Of a stretch of DNA of 64,000 bases, positions 1 through 13,239 are shown in pieces. The notes below the pieces were generated by a model. That model saw only the letters and a program-made list of their open reading frames with translations, had not been told where the DNA came from and ran no database searches. Position numbers and translations under genes: made by a program. Location: assembly GCF_009914755.1 (NCBI RefSeq), contig NC_060929.1; one strand, written 5' to 3'. The stretch comes from the human T2T-CHM13v2.0 reference genome, Homo sapiens. Numbering within the stretch: the stretch's first letter is position 1; every line of letters starts with the position of its first letter.

Positions 1-130
1 ATGTTTGAGATCCTGGATATGCCTATAACACTGATTTGGTCATTATACTATATATATATACATTTTAAAACATTGCATTGTACTCCATCAATATGTACAA
101 TTATGTGTCAATTAAAAATAAAAAATAAAA
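1..130 (+). mobile_element. L1MA-type LINE-1 3' end with A-rich tail (truncated by window edge)
   Basis: ATGTTTGAG..GGATATGC..CTGATTTGGTCATTA..AATATGTACAATTATGTGTCAATTAAAAATAAAA resembles the L1MA 3' UTR terminus. Confidence 0.7.
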
Positions 131-429
131 CGTTAGAAAAAAGCTTGCTTTTGCAACCTGAAAATAAAGCTCTGGAGCTGAAATAATACACATCTATTGT
201 CTGAATGCCACCTATTGTAAACTCTGTTCTAAGTGAACACTAACATATAGAATAGATTAAAGAAAAAACATTCAACCTTCCAAATGTTGAGAAATGTGAT
301 GTCAAAATCAGAGCTCTTTTAAATTATCTGAATACTTAGCCTTATATAGTTGAATTATATAAATGGTTGAGTAATATCTTTGCTTTTGTTTGTTGAGATT
401 AGTTATCCTAGAGAGGCATAATGAAGATG

Positions 430-573
430 GAAAACGCCTGAATTTAAGTCCCAGCTGACCATCAGTTAGCTGGACAAACAAGGGCACTTACCTGACATCT
501 TTAGTTTTCTTTATTAATAAAATAGGACAATAGTTCAGACATCATAGACATAGATAAATATTAAATAAGATGG
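430..573 (+). mobile_element. MIR fragment
   Basis: degenerate MIR core (CCTGAATTTAAGTCCCAGCT...TAAAATAGGACAATAGT...ATTAAATAAGAT); ends where Tigger3 begins. Confidence 0.45.
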
Positions 574-575
574 CA

Positions 576-1243
576 CAGTCATGTGCCACTTAACAACAGG
601 AATACTCTACGAGAAATGTGCTCTTAGATAATTTCGTTGTTGTGCTAACATAATAGAGTGTACTTACACAAACCTAGATGGTATAGCCTATAGCCTATTA
701 CATGCGTAGGCAATATGGTAAAGCCTGTTACTCTTAGGCTACAAACATGTGCAGCATGTTACTGTACTGAATACTTCAGGCAATTGTAACACAATGGTAT
801 TTGTATATCTAAAAATAGAAAAGGTACAATAAAAATATGGTATAAAAGATGTCTTAAAAAGTACACCTGTATAAGGCACTTATCATGAATGGAGCTTACA
901 AGCCTGGAAGTTGTTCTGGGTGAGTTGGTGAGCGAGTGGTGAGTGAATGTGAAGACCTAGGACATACTGTACACTACTGTAGACTTTATAAACACTGGCC
1001 ACTTAGGCCACACTAAGTTTATTAAAAACATTTATTTCTTCAGTAAGAAATTAACCTTACTTATTGTAACTTTTTAAAAAGTTGTAATTTTAAAAAACAC
1101 ACAAGTAATGCATCATGCTATAGCCTTATTATGGTTTCATCAGTAGGCAATAGAAATTTTTCGGCTCCATTATAATCTTATGGGACCAGTGCCATATATG
1201 TGGGCCATCCTTGACCGAAACATCATTATGAGGTGCGTGACTT
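576..1243. mobile_element. Tigger3 (Golem/MER7) non-autonomous deletion derivative
   Basis: TIR-like ends CAGTCATGTG...GTGCGTGACT; internal AGAGTGTACTTACACAAACCTAGATGGTATAGCC; TA at 1244-1245 (CA on the left). Confidence 0.85.
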
Positions 1244-1320
1244 TATATGTGGAATTTGTATGTCACACGAGCCTTTGAGATCAAGGGACTTCTGTCTTGA
1301 CTCCTATTAATGGTACAAAA

Positions 1321-1845
1321 CAGAAGTCCCCAACTCCCAGTAATGGTCTGTGGCCTATTATAAACTGGGCCGCATAGCAGATGAGCAGTGGACCAGTGAG
1401 CGTGAAGCTTCATCTGTATTTACAGCCACTCCCCATCACTCTCTTGCATTACCGCCTGAGCTCTGCCTCCTGTCAGATCAGATCAGTGGTGGCATTAGAT
1501 TCTCAAAGGAACATGAACTCTATTGTGAACTGCATATGTGAGGGATCTAGGTTGGGTGCTCCTTACGAGACTCTAACGCCTGATGATTCTTCACTGCCTC
1601 TCATCATCCCTGCCATGGGACCATCAAGTTGCAGGAAAACAAGCTCAGGGCACCCACTGATTCTACATTATGGTGAGTTGTATAATTATTTCATTATATA
1701 TTACAATGTAATAAATCATAGAAATAAAGTACACGATAAACGTAATGTGCTTGACTCATCCTGCAAACCCCTGCCACCCCTGGTCCATGGAAAAATTGCC
1801 TTCTATGAAACTGGTCCCTGATGCCAAAAAGGTTGAGGACCACTG
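1321..1845 (+). mobile_element. MER1A (hAT-Charlie MITE)
   Basis: CAGAAGTCCCCAAC...AAAAAGGTTGAGGACCACTG termini, about 525 bp; degenerate 8-bp TSD GTACAAAA/GTATAAAG. Confidence 0.85.
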
Positions 1846-3184
1846 GTATAAAGGGAGGTGGGACTGCAGTGTGGGTTCACCATATAGCTGCAAGACAGAG
1901 GAGACCAGGCCTTATTCAAGCCTGTAGACTTACTTCTGATCACTGCCACTGGAGGGATACAGCTACAGGGGCTACAAGACCTTTGATGTTTCATAGGAAA
2001 ATAGTCAGTCTTCCTATCCGTACAAAACAAGGTGCAAGAACAACATGTCCACATGAAATCGTACTTTCCACAAGTAAGATTGACACTTTGGGTTCAATTC
2101 TCAGGTAGGGAACATTCTGGTGAAAGTTTTGAGATCTGATTAATTAAGTGCTGTCTGATTGGATCCTTTCTCTTCAAACGCATTTCAAAACCTGTTCATA
2201 GCAAAAGTTTCTTTCATTCTCAAATGTGATTGCTACATGAATTTAATGGAGTTCTTTGAATAACTGGAGAGAGAGATAGTAGTTGAAAGTTCTCTTTAAT
2301 GGGCTTATTGCTTGAATTTAAAATATTTGAGCTTGGCGATCCACAGCCAGGGGTTCATGAAATAACAATAGTGCAGACATTGCAATCTGCTGTCATCTAT
2401 CAGTCTTCACAAATGTCCTGGTGGTAAGTGAAACCTTGCATTTAAATAAATACATTTGGACCTAATTTCTGCCTTTCATGCTGTGAAAGAACTGTCAAAT
2501 TTGAAGTATAATGACTGTATGATTTCTTGTAATGGCACCAAAAAAAAAAAAACATGAAGAACACATTTAAATGTCATCTAAGTAAATTCTCTGTGGGATA
2601 TAGACCCATTTAGAGATTACTTTCCCTTTCGGCTTTTATACAGCAAAGCAGGAGCACATTGCAAGGAAGCAAGTATAAAGTGATATCTCAAGGAGTAATA
2701 GGCAAAGTGAAGCCTCATAGAGCCCAGAAAATGAAAAATGCTGACATTGTTTTAGTTAAACTTCCCTGTTGCTGTGAGAGAAGTGACCTGCAACCGTTAT
2801 CTGAGATGTATGGCCTTTGCCGTAAGCACATTCTCTGTCTTACACTTGAACTTGCCTAGTGAGACAACCATGCGTATCCTGACTTTTTCTGGATTGATTG
2901 GTTTTCCTATATTCCATTTGATATTTCCCTATGAAATATTAATAGAAATTTTAATGTTTTAACATCCATAACAGAGAGCCCTTTATTATATCTCTCTTGA
3001 TTTTCAGTTTGGGTAAGTCGATTGATTCTGCAATAGGAGAGAATGTGCTGGAATGGACAGGCAAAGGATCAGAGTTCTAGTTCTAGTCCTGTCACCAGTT
3101 GGTAGTGTATTAGTAGTATTAACTTGAACACTTTAGCCTTTTAGATTTTTAAATGAAACTCCCTTTTAAAACGTAGGAGGTGGA

Positions 3185-3540
<356 letters not shown>

Positions 3541-3887
3541 AAAAGTAGGAGATGGAATAAGTCAGTCATTTTCAAAATGTGCTCTCTGGCTCTCAAGGTT
3601 CTGCAGAGTTGCCTCAAGGATCACCATACTGTTTGCCAGCCTAGCTAGGAGACTGGGTCTTTCTCTCTACACATCACACAAATTTATGTTTGGAAAAACA
3701 ACACTAAAGTTTGAAAATCAGTGTCATAGATAATCTAGAAGAATTTTTTCTAGTTTCAGCATCCTGTAATATGTGTGGTTCTTTGTTTCTTCATAAAAAT
3801 AATTTTCAGCAAAACCACTTATTGGCATTCAGGTATGTATTAGAGTATAATGCTCATAATGATGTTTGGTGCATTTTCTAGAAGAGA

Positions 3888-4718
3888 TGTTCCTGTGTTA
3901 CTTAACAATGGGAATCTATTCTGAGAGATTTATTGTTAGATGATTTCATCTTAGTGCAAAAATCACAGAGTATACTGACATAAACCTGGACGGTACAGCC
4001 TGCTACCTAGGCTATATGGTACAGCTTAGTGCTTCCAGGCTGCAAACCTGTAGAGCATGTTACTGTACTGAATACTATAAGCAACTATAATACAATGGGA
4101 AGTATTTATTTATCTAAGCAGAAAATGTACTATAAAAATATGATATAATGGTAAAAAATGCACACCTGTCTAGGGCACTTACCATGAATGGAGCTTGCAG
4201 AACTGGAAGTTGCTCTGAGTGAGTTAGTGAGTGCTGAGTGAATGTGAAGGCCTAAGACATTACTGTACACTACTTCAGACTTTATAAACACTGTCCACTT
4301 AGACTACACTATAATTTTTAAAACATACATATTTATTTTCTTTAATAATAAATTAAGCTGACTATAATTTCTTTCTCTACAAACTTTTTAGTTTTTTAAA
4401 ACTTTTTTGACTTTTGTAATGACAGTTTAAAACACAAACACATTATAAAGTTGTATATGAATATTTTCTTTCTTTATATCCTGATTTCATAAACTTTTTT
4501 CCTATTTCTAAAATTTTTAATTTTTTTTTTACTTTTTAAACTTTTTAAATTAAAAACTAAGACAACACACACGTTAGTATTGGCCTACACAGGATCAAAA
4601 TCATCAAGATATTACTATATTATAGGAAATTTTTAGTTCTATTATAATCTTAAAATGGGACCATTGTGGTAAACACAGTCCATTGTTGACCAACATGTCA
4701 TCATGCAGCACATGATTG
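3888..4718. mobile_element. Tigger3 (Tigger3b/c-like) deletion derivative, same orientation as 576-1243
   Basis: collinear with 576-1243 (GCATGTTACTGTACTGAATACT, GCACTTACCATGAATGGAGCTT); ends ...CACATGATTG followed by TA. Confidence 0.85.
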
Positions 4719-4739
4719 TACTCAAACTGACTTGTTCCT

Positions 4740-4878
4740 TCTACACTGTAAGTTTCATGAGTGGAAGGATCTTGTCTGTCTGAATCATGCTGAATTGCTA
4801 GCGTCTAGACATAACATAATACATAGCAGATGCTCAACAAAGTCTGGATGGATTAACGAATGAGTATATGAATGAATA
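4740..4878 (+). mobile_element. L2 3' end
   Basis: ACACTGTAAGTTTCATGAG..CTTGTCTGTC..ACATAGCAGATGCTCAAC..GAATGAAT tail. Confidence 0.65.
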
Positions 4879-5193
4879 CATGAACCCTATCCAGATTCTT
4901 TTGGTTTGGACTCGGAAATTCAACTTCTTTTCCATTGACACATTATATCCCTTTCTCCTTTTGCTGTCTTTTCAGTTTGTAACCTCTAAGAAATTTGTGC
5001 CAGGGATACTTATCAGCAATTACCTTTTGGTAAATTGTCCCTGCTATCCCAGGAGAATATCAGATGACTTTGGAACCAATGCAGGCTACAACATGGAACA
5101 TATTTTTCTTTAATAGCAACCACATGAAAAAAATCAAATGGAGTGATAGCAGTGATATGAACAGTACTCCAGAACTCATCCTATGCCTCTGTA

Positions 5194-5975
5194 TTTAATT
5201 CATTAATTAATTCATCCAACAGACTTTTATTTTCTCCTCTCAGCTGGATAGTATGCTAGGGAATAGGGAGTTCATAGTCTTTTAGATGAGGCACATATTT
5301 AGAAAGATGGTGACACTGACACAATATGAATAAATGTCATGAGAGAGATGTTAGAAGAATGCTTTGGGAGCCACAGTAGTGAGTAATTTCCCCTGGCTAG
5401 GAATATCCATTAGATGCTTTTGGAAGCATTTGACCAATGATGCTTAAACAATTTTTAAGTTACAGTAGTAGACAGTCCCAGGGTTGGTGTAGTATCCAGT
5501 GTGATATCATAAATGTGGGTTCTTCCTGCACCTCTTCTCTGCCATCCTCACCATGCCAGCCATCCCCTCAGGATACAGCTTGGCTGCTGCAGCTCAGGAA
5601 AAACAAGCTCGTGAGGTTGCTTTCGAAGAAGACAGGCAGTTGGAGTGGCAAGAGAAGGAAACTCTCTTAACACACTTCTCTCCATTTATTAGAGAGGAAA
5701 GTGACTCCTAGATGCTGCTAACCAGGTATCTCTTATGTTTCCCTGGCTAGATGTGGCTCACGGGCTACTTCAATGTTTGATCTGTGTCTTGAAGGACTTG
5801 CTAGGGCTTGCCTGGAGGAGAATCAGGAGCATTCTAGGCAGAGAGACATAGAGGGACATGCAGGGACATGGGGTTATGGAAAAGCTCCACGCATTTGAGG
5901 ACCAGAAGAAAGCTTAGTGTGGCCATGGAATAAGTTGTTAGAGAGAATGTGGCATTAAACAACACTGAAGAGAAA
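5194..5975 (-). mobile_element. L2 fragments (about 5194-5435 and 5772-5975) interrupted by an old MLT1-like LTR fragment (about 5460-5770)
   Basis: ATTCATT-type tail, GCATTCTAGGCAGAG motif; MLT1-like TCTCTGCCATCCTCA..GGCTGCTGCAGCTC in the middle. Confidence 0.5.
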
Positions 5976-7268
5976 GAGGGAGATTTATTTGTATGCCATG
6001 CTAATGATTTTATAGGCCATTCTGATCATAACTTCAGAGTGAAAGCTGCTCCTGTTGGTAACCCCAAAAAAACCACAAGTGGAAGTCATATGAAAGAGGA
6101 AAACCATCACAGCTTTTTCCCTGGAAATTAACTTTGATGAGAAATAAATGATAAAATTTACTGAAATGAGAATGCATGTAAATAATATCCGTGTGGCAGG
6201 TGATTTTGTTTTAACAAATTGTATCTTAGCTCTAACCCTGGGCCTTTGAGAAATTTCACTAACATGAAAGAGCATTGTTTCAAAAATCCTCTATTTTTAG
6301 AAATGCTATTAGCAGAAGCATCAGCTGTAACCTTTTCCTTGTTCTTTCCATGTCATGCACATTAATTAACACTTCCACCTTAAAAGAATGTGTTTCTTCC
6401 CATGTGCTGGGAATGATATTTTAGAAGCATGCTTTAGATTAGAAACCTCAAGAAAAATAAAATGGGATGATATTAAAAATGCTCTTTGCTGCATGTAATT
6501 TCCTGTTTAGACCACCCCCCACCCCATCACAATTAGTTAGAATTTATGATTTGCTTTATGGAGGGCAATGAGGTTGAAACTTACCTTTTCAGGATCTTTG
6601 GAAAATGATTTGATAGCCAATTAAATGGTACGCAGAAGACTATAGGAGAGCTATTGTAAATACAAAGAGAATAAAGTTTTAGACGCTTTGGAAATTCCCA
6701 TTTGCAGACAGTTCGCATGGAATTATTACCTAATTATTAAATCAGGATTATCCAAAAAGTCCTAATGAGAAAACACATATCATGATTTAAAGTTCTATTC
6801 ATACTTGAATGATGAAACTGTGCTTTTTAATAAAATTTATTGTTAACCTTTTACTAATTTATATTGGCTTTCCCTAACTCCTCAGAAAATGATATCTGCT
6901 TTCTGACTACCTATACATAATCTACTAAAAGCAAATTTGTGTGATTTTTTTGGATTTATTTGTATGCCATGATAATGATTATATAGGCCATTCTTTCCAC
7001 ATTAGTAAAGATTTTCCTTTGGTGTTTAGATTCTAAAATAGTCAAACTACTGCAAATACTCCAGTTTTGGAAAGCCATTAATTAAACTTTTCTACAAGTT
7101 TCTTGCAATTAGGATTTTGTAGACATCCCCCTTTTATGTCAATTTAATAAAGATAACAAAATAGAGTACAGAGAAAGCTTAAAAACAACACAAATTAAAA
7201 ACAATAGCAGCAAGATAACCATGGCTTCCCCCAACCCTACACACAGTTTTTATCTTTTTGCAACTAGC

Positions 7269-7519
7269 TTTTTTTTTTTATTATTATTATACTTTAAGTC
7301 TTAGGGTACATGTGCACAATATGCAGGTTAGTTACATATGTATACATGTGCCATGCTGGTGCGCTGCACCCACTAACTCGTCATCTAGCATTAGGTATAT
7401 CTCCCGATGCTATCCCTCCCCCCTCCCCCCACTCCACAACAGTCCCCAGAGTGTGATATTCCCCTTCCTGTGTCCATGTGATCTCATTGTTCAATTCCCA
7501 CCTATGAGTGAGAATATGC
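7269..7519 (-). mobile_element. 5'-truncated young L1 (L1PA2-like) 3' end
   Basis: near-consensus L1PA 3' UTR; GAG (not the Ta-type ACA) diagnostic triplet; probable short TSD GCTTTTT and a TTTTT/AA endonuclease site at 7520-7526. Confidence 0.93.
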
Positions 7520-7659
7520 TTTTTAATAGATGTTGGAAACTGTCCTAGTAAGAATTCTCAAAATGCAGGAGTAAGATTTTTCATAGTGATTTTGAAGGAG
7601 TATATAATCCTTTGAAAATATAAGTAGTAAATAAATTACATTTTTATTATTCAATAAAG

Positions 7660-7790
7660 ATTTTTCCAACTTGAGGTATAACTGGTAATAAAAAAACAAC
7701 ATAATATAAACAATTTGATGAGTTCAGAAATATGTGCACACTCATGTTACTATCACCAAAATCAAGGTAATGAACGTATTTATCATTAAG
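7660..7790 (-). mobile_element. old L1M 3' end fragment
   Basis: TTGAGGTATAACT..CAATTTGATGAGTT..ACTATCACCAAAATCAAGGTAATGAAC. Confidence 0.6.
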
Positions 7791-7879
7791 GAAGTATTTA
7801 AAGGTATACTTTATCACCAAATGCTGGAGTTTTGGCATGTGTCTCATATTTCAAAAGTTGATGTAAGATTTAAAAAATA

Positions 7880-8241
<362 letters not shown>

Positions 8242-8934
8242 CTATAAATTAAGGTGCTCAGATTCTGATGATGAATCAGGAACTCTGAGGGCCCTAAGGA
8301 GACTAAGATGAGGGCCCCTCTGGAAGGAGCTCTGACATGGGAAAATGGAGCCTGAAAAAGCTAAATGATTTGCCTGTGTCTCTTGGATAGTAACTGGCAG
8401 ATCTGAAACAAGAACACACCACTTAGGAATTTCTTGAAAATGTTCACTAAGTCTGGTGCTCTTTTTATAAAGACACGTGGTAAGAAAAAAAAATTACCTT
8501 TAGTTTTTAAAACTGGCCTGACCTCACATATCTGAAAGCTTCTGGAATCACCTATTTGGCATCTAGCTGAGTAGATGAATCTTTTAGAACATTGATAAAG
8601 AAATCTTTACATTTGTATTGCACTTATATTTTCAAATGGCTTCCATGCCTACTTTAGCATTAAACCTTTTTACTTCTTAACCTTATTACTTACCTGTAGC
8701 TGATGGTTTCTCCCCACTTCATAGATCAAGAACAGAAATGACAGATGGTAATGGTTTAGTGGGACTCTACCCAAAGTACAGATTTCTCATTCATAACTAT
8801 TCATAGATTTCCTGGAACTTACCCTGCTTCACTGTTTGTTCATGAGTTGATATTTTAAAAATTAAACAATCTGATTCTAAAGATTTAACCAACTTGAAAT
8901 TGTAGGCTCCCACAGTTTTGGATCTTCTCGGTCA

Positions 8935-9130
8935 AGGCCTAACATTCTAATTTAGACTTCTTGTGTTGAAGCTATTTCTAACACTTAACCGTGTGCCTTT
9001 TAAGAAAGTCACTTTTCCACTCTCAGGCTCAGTTTTCTGTTTTTGCATGTATAAAAAGTAATAGTCATGTAACTAAGTCTTAGAGGTGTGAAGATTCGGG
9101 AAATAAGATAAAGTATTTAATAAAGTAGTC
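8935..9130 (+). mobile_element. MIR
   Basis: AAGTCACTTTTCCACTCTCAGGCTCAGTTTTCTG core. Confidence 0.5.
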
Positions 9131-9419
9131 GTTTTAAAAAATTAATTCAACTGATTTATTGGTCACTTACTGTGCACTAAACTGTAAAATGTTAGTTGGT
9201 ATTGTTAATGATGTTCCCTCTTTGAATTCAAAAGTTATTTATCCATACTTTAAACAATAGCATTTTCAAACTGGAAGCAATTATGGTCATCAACTACTTT
9301 AATATTATCATTTTATAACTGAAGAAGCACAGGTTCGTTACTTTTTTTTATCAGGGTCATATAGTAAGTGATTGACAGATGTGATAACATTAAAATATCA
9401 TTCTTGTAGATATGCAAAC

Positions 9420-9610
9420 CAGGTCAGGAACCCCAGTGTGGTCCCCTAGTTATTCTGTGACCACAGCTTCTGACTTTACTTCCTTGACCTTGGCACCTTT
9501 ATCTGCAACTTGGAGATGATTATTGTACCCAATGGGACTATTATCAAGATTAAATTTGGTAATTTAGCGTAGTGCTTGGTATATAGTACATGTTCAATGA
9601 ACACTATTGT
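9420..9610 (+). mobile_element. MIR
   Basis: ATCTGCAACTTGGAGATGATT..GATTAAAT..GTAGTGCTTGGTATATAGTA. Confidence 0.5.
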
Positions 9611-11080
9611 TCTGCTGTTCCTTTGTTTTCTAAAAATTAAGGATATTACAATTGCTTATTCAAAGCATTTGTAGCAGTAGAATTCTGCAGACAGATCCCC
9701 AAGTTTATTTTGTTCTTCATAACCAATGTATGAGAACATTCCACTTACTGTTGGTCCATTTGCTAGGACTTTATAGATACGAGTTACATGCAATCAGTTT
9801 TATTTCTTTTGAGCCCTATGTCTACACTTCAGTTAATTTTGACCAAGTCTTTGGGCAATGATTATTTATGTACTTGAACCAGCTAAACATTGCTAAAACA
9901 TGAAAATGCAAATGAGAATTTTTCTTACAATCTGATTTTGTTTATGGTGTGAGTTTGTGTGTTCTATTTTGAAAGAAACAGAGATAGCCTTTCTGTAAGG
10001 AGATAATGCAAACTATTAAGCTGCTGTGTTTCTCTCTTTCTCATGGGCTGTGCTGGGTTCCATTGGTCGTTTTCTTTTTCTCTCTCTAATTTCTTCAGTT
10101 TCTCCTTTTTCCTTTATTGACAACTGGGTTATTTCTTCCATGTATTCTTGTACAAATTCCAAAGGGGAGAATCTTTCTGGACTAGCTAATTATAGCTGCT
10201 CTCATGGGGCAGAGATTTTTTTGTTGTTGTTGCTGCTGTTTATTTTGTTTTGTTTTCAACAAGGTCTCTTCATAGATCTCTATCTAGCCTACCTGTCTGT
10301 TGTTGATCTTGAGTCAGGTAAACTCCATTGGTTCAGCCCATGCCCACCCATTATTCCAGTAGAAACGTAAGTTCTTCTTTACTGAGCAGGAGCCTCTGAG
10401 TGAAGCAGCTTCCCACATGGGGGACAATGATTGTGGAAGGGACTCTGACTGGCATGGACAACACACATATACATTAAAAATACACCTCTTCTTTGATTAG
10501 CCAATTAAATGAACTAATTTCTAATTATCAGTGTTGGTGGAATAAAATGTAATTTAATAAATATTCTTAAAACACCTACGATGTACAAAGTTCACAAAGG
10601 GGTGGTAGAGAAAGGTTAATCCTGGGCACAATGTATTTGTTTTCTCTAACTTAATTCAGCTTCAGTTAAATACCTAGTTTCTTCCTGGGTTAAAGAGAAA
10701 ACAACTTTCAACTTACTGTGCGTGTTCTCCTAGAATCACAGGCTTTGGGGAGGACAAACTCCTCAGCAGGGCTTTAGAGCTTTGGCTGCGTGTCAGAAGG
10801 TCTTTTACAGCTGACTTCTGCTAGCCTGTACTCACCAACTATCAGAGAGGAGAGGTCCGGAGTATTCCCAGTGAAGTGCTCACTCTGCTGCGTGTGTGTG
10901 CTCATGTGTCACTGTGCACATCTGTGAGGAAGTGTGAAAATAGGCATCTTCATATGCCTTTGGGAAGAGTGAATTTTGTTGTTTCCCATGACTTGACTTA
11001 AATCACAAGAGGAGAAGGTTTCCAAAAACATGCTGATATATTGCTGTAGCTGTTGGGTATCTTCTTCCAAACAGGAGCAA

Positions 11081-11094
11081 GTTTCCCTGGCAAC
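11081..11094. promoter_or_regulatory. RFX X-box motif (candidate)
   Basis: GTTTCCCTGGCAAC fits GTYNCC-N-RGYAAC; motif match only. Confidence 0.3.
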
Positions 11095-11189
11095 CATATT
11101 GTAAGTCACTCCCTCATGGCCTTGCCCATTCTTGATAGAACTTACCACTGCAATGCGTAATAGGCTTCTTTGCAGAGCTTCAACCTCAT

Positions 11190-11297
11190 TTGTAAAAATT
11201 GTGGCAAAATACACTGAACATAAAATTAGCCATTTAAACATATATGATCCAGTGATATTTAGTACATTCATAGTGTTGTACAACCATCACCACAATA
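11190..11297 (-). mobile_element. L1MB-type 3' end fragment
   Basis: AATTGTGGCAAAATACAC..CATAAAATT..TTTAGTACATTCATAGTGTTGTACAACCATCACCAC. Confidence 0.7.
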
Positions 11298-12446
11298 ACT
11301 TCCTTCTAATGGTTAAAGTAACCTAAAGCAATTGTACTTTGTCTATCATTTTTAATTTGTTCGTATGTTTTATTTTAAAATATATAATGGAATATTTTTA
11401 AAAGAATAATTACGCCCTAAATGCTTATATAGTATGTAGGTAGAGGGATTTTCTAGACAATTCTTTTCGTGTAAAATATTGTGCTTATGATCTGCTGAGG
11501 GAGAGATAGACAGACAGATATATGCCTGTTGACACTGGCCTCACTTTTTGATGTGTGACTTGTAACTATAGGTTTTTTAAAAAATACAACTGTAATCTCA
11601 AAGAAATAACATAAAGTACCATCTTATCTTTTGACTCAATATGCATCATTTGTTTGTTCAACACTATCCTTCCTTTTAATTTGCTATCATGCCATGTTTA
11701 ATCTTGTAGTGCAAAGAACATTTACTCACAAGTTAGGAAACTGCCATGTAATAGGTGGACAACCTTGAGCATGACAATCTCCTTCTGTGAGTCTCCGTTT
11801 CTTCTTCTATAAACTGAATGGATCATAGCCATTCAACAAAGAGCCTGCTGTGTGTCTGGCACTCATATGCTGCAGACACTGTGAACATAACAGTATCTTC
11901 CCTGTCTTTCTTGAAGGGTTGTTGCCCTCCAACTTAAATGTTAGGGATGATCTGCAGAAGAAATGGGTGCTACCAAGTCCCAGGCAAGATGTCTCTCGTA
12001 GCCAATGCTGCAGACCTGAGAATTCTGGAAAGTATAGTTCCAGTTTAGCTAACTTTGGACTTTACAAATATGCCATAAACAGCCATAAACACTGAATGGA
12101 TTAAAGAAAGCTGATGCAAAAGTCATGATAGGGAGAGAGCCAGATTTGTAGGGTAAAACTATTTTATCTAGCACATGGTATAACCTTAGAAATTATTAGT
12201 TACTTTTTTTTTGGAGATGTATATTGAGTGAAGCTGTCAATCATAAGGGCCATCAGATAACTAAGGAGGCTTAGAAAGAGGATGGTCTTAGAGGGACTCT
12301 TAGGCCCAACCTGATGACCTGAAAGGGAATGCCTACCCTGACTGAGCCTGGCACTGTGAAGCATGCAGCTAAGTTCTCACGTGCCAATGAAGTCTGACCA
12401 TTGCATTACTGGCATACCTCATTTTATTGCATTTGGCTTTATTGTG

Positions 12447-12800
12447 TGATATGGTTTGGCTGTGTCCCCAGCCAAGTCTCAGCTTGAATTGTATCTCCCA
12501 GGATTCCCACATGTTGTGGGAGGGACCCAGGGAGAGGTAACTGAATCATGGGGACCAGTCTTTCCTGTATTATTCTCGTGATAGTTAATAAGTCTCACGA
12601 GATCTGATGGGTTTATCAGGGGTTTCTGCTTTTGCTTTTTCCTCATTTTTCTCTTGCTGCCACCATGTAAGAAGTACCTTTCATCTCCTGCCATGATTCT
12701 GAGGCCTCCCCAGCCACGTGGAACTGTAAATCCAATGAAACCCTTTTTCTTCTCAGTTTTGGGAATGTCTTTATCAGCAGCATGAAAACGAACTAATACA
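12447..12800 (+). mobile_element. THE1A solo LTR (MaLR) nested in Tigger1
   Basis: TGATATGGTTTGGCTGTGTCCCC...ACTAATACA; perfect 5-bp TSD TTGTG (12442-12446, 12801-12805). Confidence 0.93.
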
Positions 12801-13239
12801 TTGTGCTTCTCAGATATGGTGTTTATTAAAAATTGAAGCTTTTCAGCAACCTTGCATCAAACAAATCTGTTAGTTCCATTTTTCCAACAACATGGGCTGT
12901 GAGTCACATTTTGCTAATTGTCACTATCCTTCAAACTTTTTCATTATTATTATATCTGATATAATGATCTGTAATCAATGATCTTTAATGCTATTAATGT
13001 AAGTGTTTTCGGGTACCATAAATCATGCCTGTGTAATATAGAGAACTTAATTGATGAATGTTGTATGTGTTCTGACTGCTCCACCTGCAGGCTGTTTCCC
13101 CTCTCATTTCCTCTTCTTGAGCTTCCCTATTCCCTGAGACACAATCATACCCACACTAGGCCAATTAATAACCCTACAGTGTCCTCTAAGTATTCAAATG
13201 AAAGAGAGTTGCATGTCTCACATTTTAAATCAAAAGCTA

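Noticed and set aside
1381-1821. 146-aa ORF
   Set aside because: Lies wholly within the non-coding MITE MER1A, with no recognisable domain.
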